This document shows positions 5,910-6,922 of a stretch of DNA of 6,922 nucleotides, piece after piece. The stretch spans positions 1 through 6,922 of the forward strand of contig JBHGNT010001496.1 in NCBI GenBank assembly GCA_043228905.1. Direction: 5' to 3'. The DNA is from Azolla caroliniana (taxonomy: Eukaryota > Plantae > Polypodiophyta). Every line of letters begins with the position of its first letter. Within the stretch, counting starts at the first letter, position 1. The notes beneath the pieces were generated by a model. The model was not told where the DNA came from and did no database searches. It saw only the letters and a list, made by a program, of their open reading frames with translations. The translations under genes and the position numbers were made by a program.

Positions 5910-6642
5910 AAAGACAACGGAGCCGACGACACCGATTCGAAGAAGTCACCGGAGCGAAACGGTGCATACCGGGGAGCCACGGACCGGAGAGGTCCGGATC
6001 GGCGAGGGCAGGACCGGAAAGGAACGACGGCACTCGCGGCAAGTGAAGAAGAGATAATGCTCATTACCGAAGAGAGGGAGCTGAACCTTGCCGGTGAAGA
6101 GATGACCTGGGTGGTCGATTCCGGAGCGTCGTTCCACCTGACCCCGGAGAAGAAATACTTCTCATCCTACACAGCCGGTGAGCACGGCTGTGTCCGGATG
6201 GGAAATGAAGGTACATGCCGGATTGCCGGCATAGGAGACGTGTGGCTGATGACATCAACCGGATGCAAGATACTGCTGAAGGATGTCCGACACGTTCCGG
6301 AGGTTCGATTGAACCTGATTTCGGCCGGGAGGCTAGACGATGAAGGCTACACGGGTAGCATCCGGAACGGTGTCATGAAGTTCAGCAAAGGGAGCCTGAT
6401 AGTGGCTCGGGCCCGGAAGGTCAACACACTGTATCTGATGAATTCCCGGCTATGTCCGGAGGAGCTGAACGTGGCAGCTGACACTGCCGGTGAGCTGTGG
6501 CACAAGAGACTGTGCCACATGAGCGAGAAGGGGATGAAGAGGCTTGCCGAAGACAACCTGATACCGGTAAAGCACGTACACTTGGGGAAGTGTACCGACT
6601 GTCTGGCCGGTAAGCAAAACCGGACCTCCTTCCGCTCAAGAC
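5910..6642 (+). pseudogene. pol: Copia pol: linker, aspartic protease, GAG-pre-integrase and integrase Zn-finger
   Basis: Same frame as gag and open from 5910 (KDNGADDTDSKK...) into track ORF 6057..6710. Motifs DSGAS, NLISAGRLDDEGY, H-KRLC-H...C-TD-C and GKQNRTSF. Family similarity stops at about 6642. Confidence 0.9.
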
Positions 6643-6922
6643 CGGACCATAATGGAGAGGGTCCGGAGTATGCTGGCGCATGCGAAATTACCCAAGGGGT
6701 TTTGGGCTGAGGCAATGTCGACGGCGACATACGTGATAAACAGATCACCCTCAGTACCTTTGGACGGAGACACGCCGCAGAGAGTGTGGACCGGTAGGGA
6801 AGTATCCTACCGGCATCTGAAGGTGTTCGGGTGTCTCACATATGTGCATGTGGCAAAGGACCGGAGAGGAAAGTTAGATCCAAAGACCCGGCCATGCATA
6901 TTCCTCGGTTACGGCGACGACG
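6643..6922 (+). pseudogene. pol: Copia integrase C-terminal / SH3-like region in a shifted frame, after an internal deletion
   Basis: Manual translation from 6643: RTIMERVRSMLAHAKLPKGFWAEAMSTATYVINRSPSVPLDGDTPQRVWTGREVSYRHLKVFGCLTYVHVAKDRRGKLDPKTRPCIFLGYGDD, open to the window end and not in the ORF track. Confidence 0.9.

Larger units (their letters stand above)
4447..6922 (+). mobile_element. Ty1/copia LTR retrotransposon, Tnt1/Tork-like, defective; continues off the right edge
   Basis: Order: LTR, PBS-iMet, gag, PR (WVVDSGASFH), GAG-pre-integrase (LWHKRLCHMSEKG), IN HHCC, IN C-terminal (VFGC...KLDPK...CIFLGY). This is copia domain order, and the motifs closely follow recalled Tnt1 motifs. 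Confidence 0.95.

Noticed and set aside
5907-5915. Programmed stop-codon readthrough between copia gag and pol
   Set aside because: The context TGA-AAAGAC lacks known readthrough motifs (CARYYA, TGA-CTA/CGG), Tnt1-type elements have a single ORF, and CGA>TGA decay is simpler.
5091-6748. Alternative-frame and antisense ORFs over copia gag-pol, including the tail DHNGEGPEYAGACEITQGVLG
   Set aside because: They are expected in GC-rich coding DNA. The tail is out-of-frame read-through past the integrase deletion.

Overview
Plant-type nuclear DNA made almost entirely of nested or adjacent transposable elements. (1) 1-~3014, minus strand: the 5' part of a degraded non-chromoviral Ty3/gypsy LTR retrotransposon. 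It has an 18-nt tRNA-Trp PBS (2578-2595) and a gag-protease ORF broken by 2 stops and 2 probable frameshifts, with a CCHC knuckle and an atypical D-H-G protease motif. An unannotated pol frame is reachable through a candidate -1 ribosomal frameshift signal (G_GAU_UUU_UAG, 5-nt spacer, predicted H-type pseudoknot) placed AFTER the protease. Its LTR has a TATA box preceded by a dense cluster of RY (CATGCA) motifs. (2) ~3060-4446: a tRNA-Arg-like Pol III A/B-box relic with an AT tail, a short GC-rich CCGG island, a cluster of short direct repeats resembling a DNA-transposon end, and a 208-codon minus-strand frame of unknown function that stays open right up to the next insertion. (3) 4447-6922, plus strand: a Tnt1/Tork-like Ty1/copia element inserted into that frame. 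It has a 682-bp 5' LTR (TGTTG...CAACA) with 28-bp U3 tandem repeats, a tRNA-iMet PBS, and gag-pol with one in-frame TGA. An internal deletion removes the whole DDE integrase core, and the element is strongly enriched in CCGG. Lineage names and host identity are inferences from remembered family motifs, not database results. All counts are manual.
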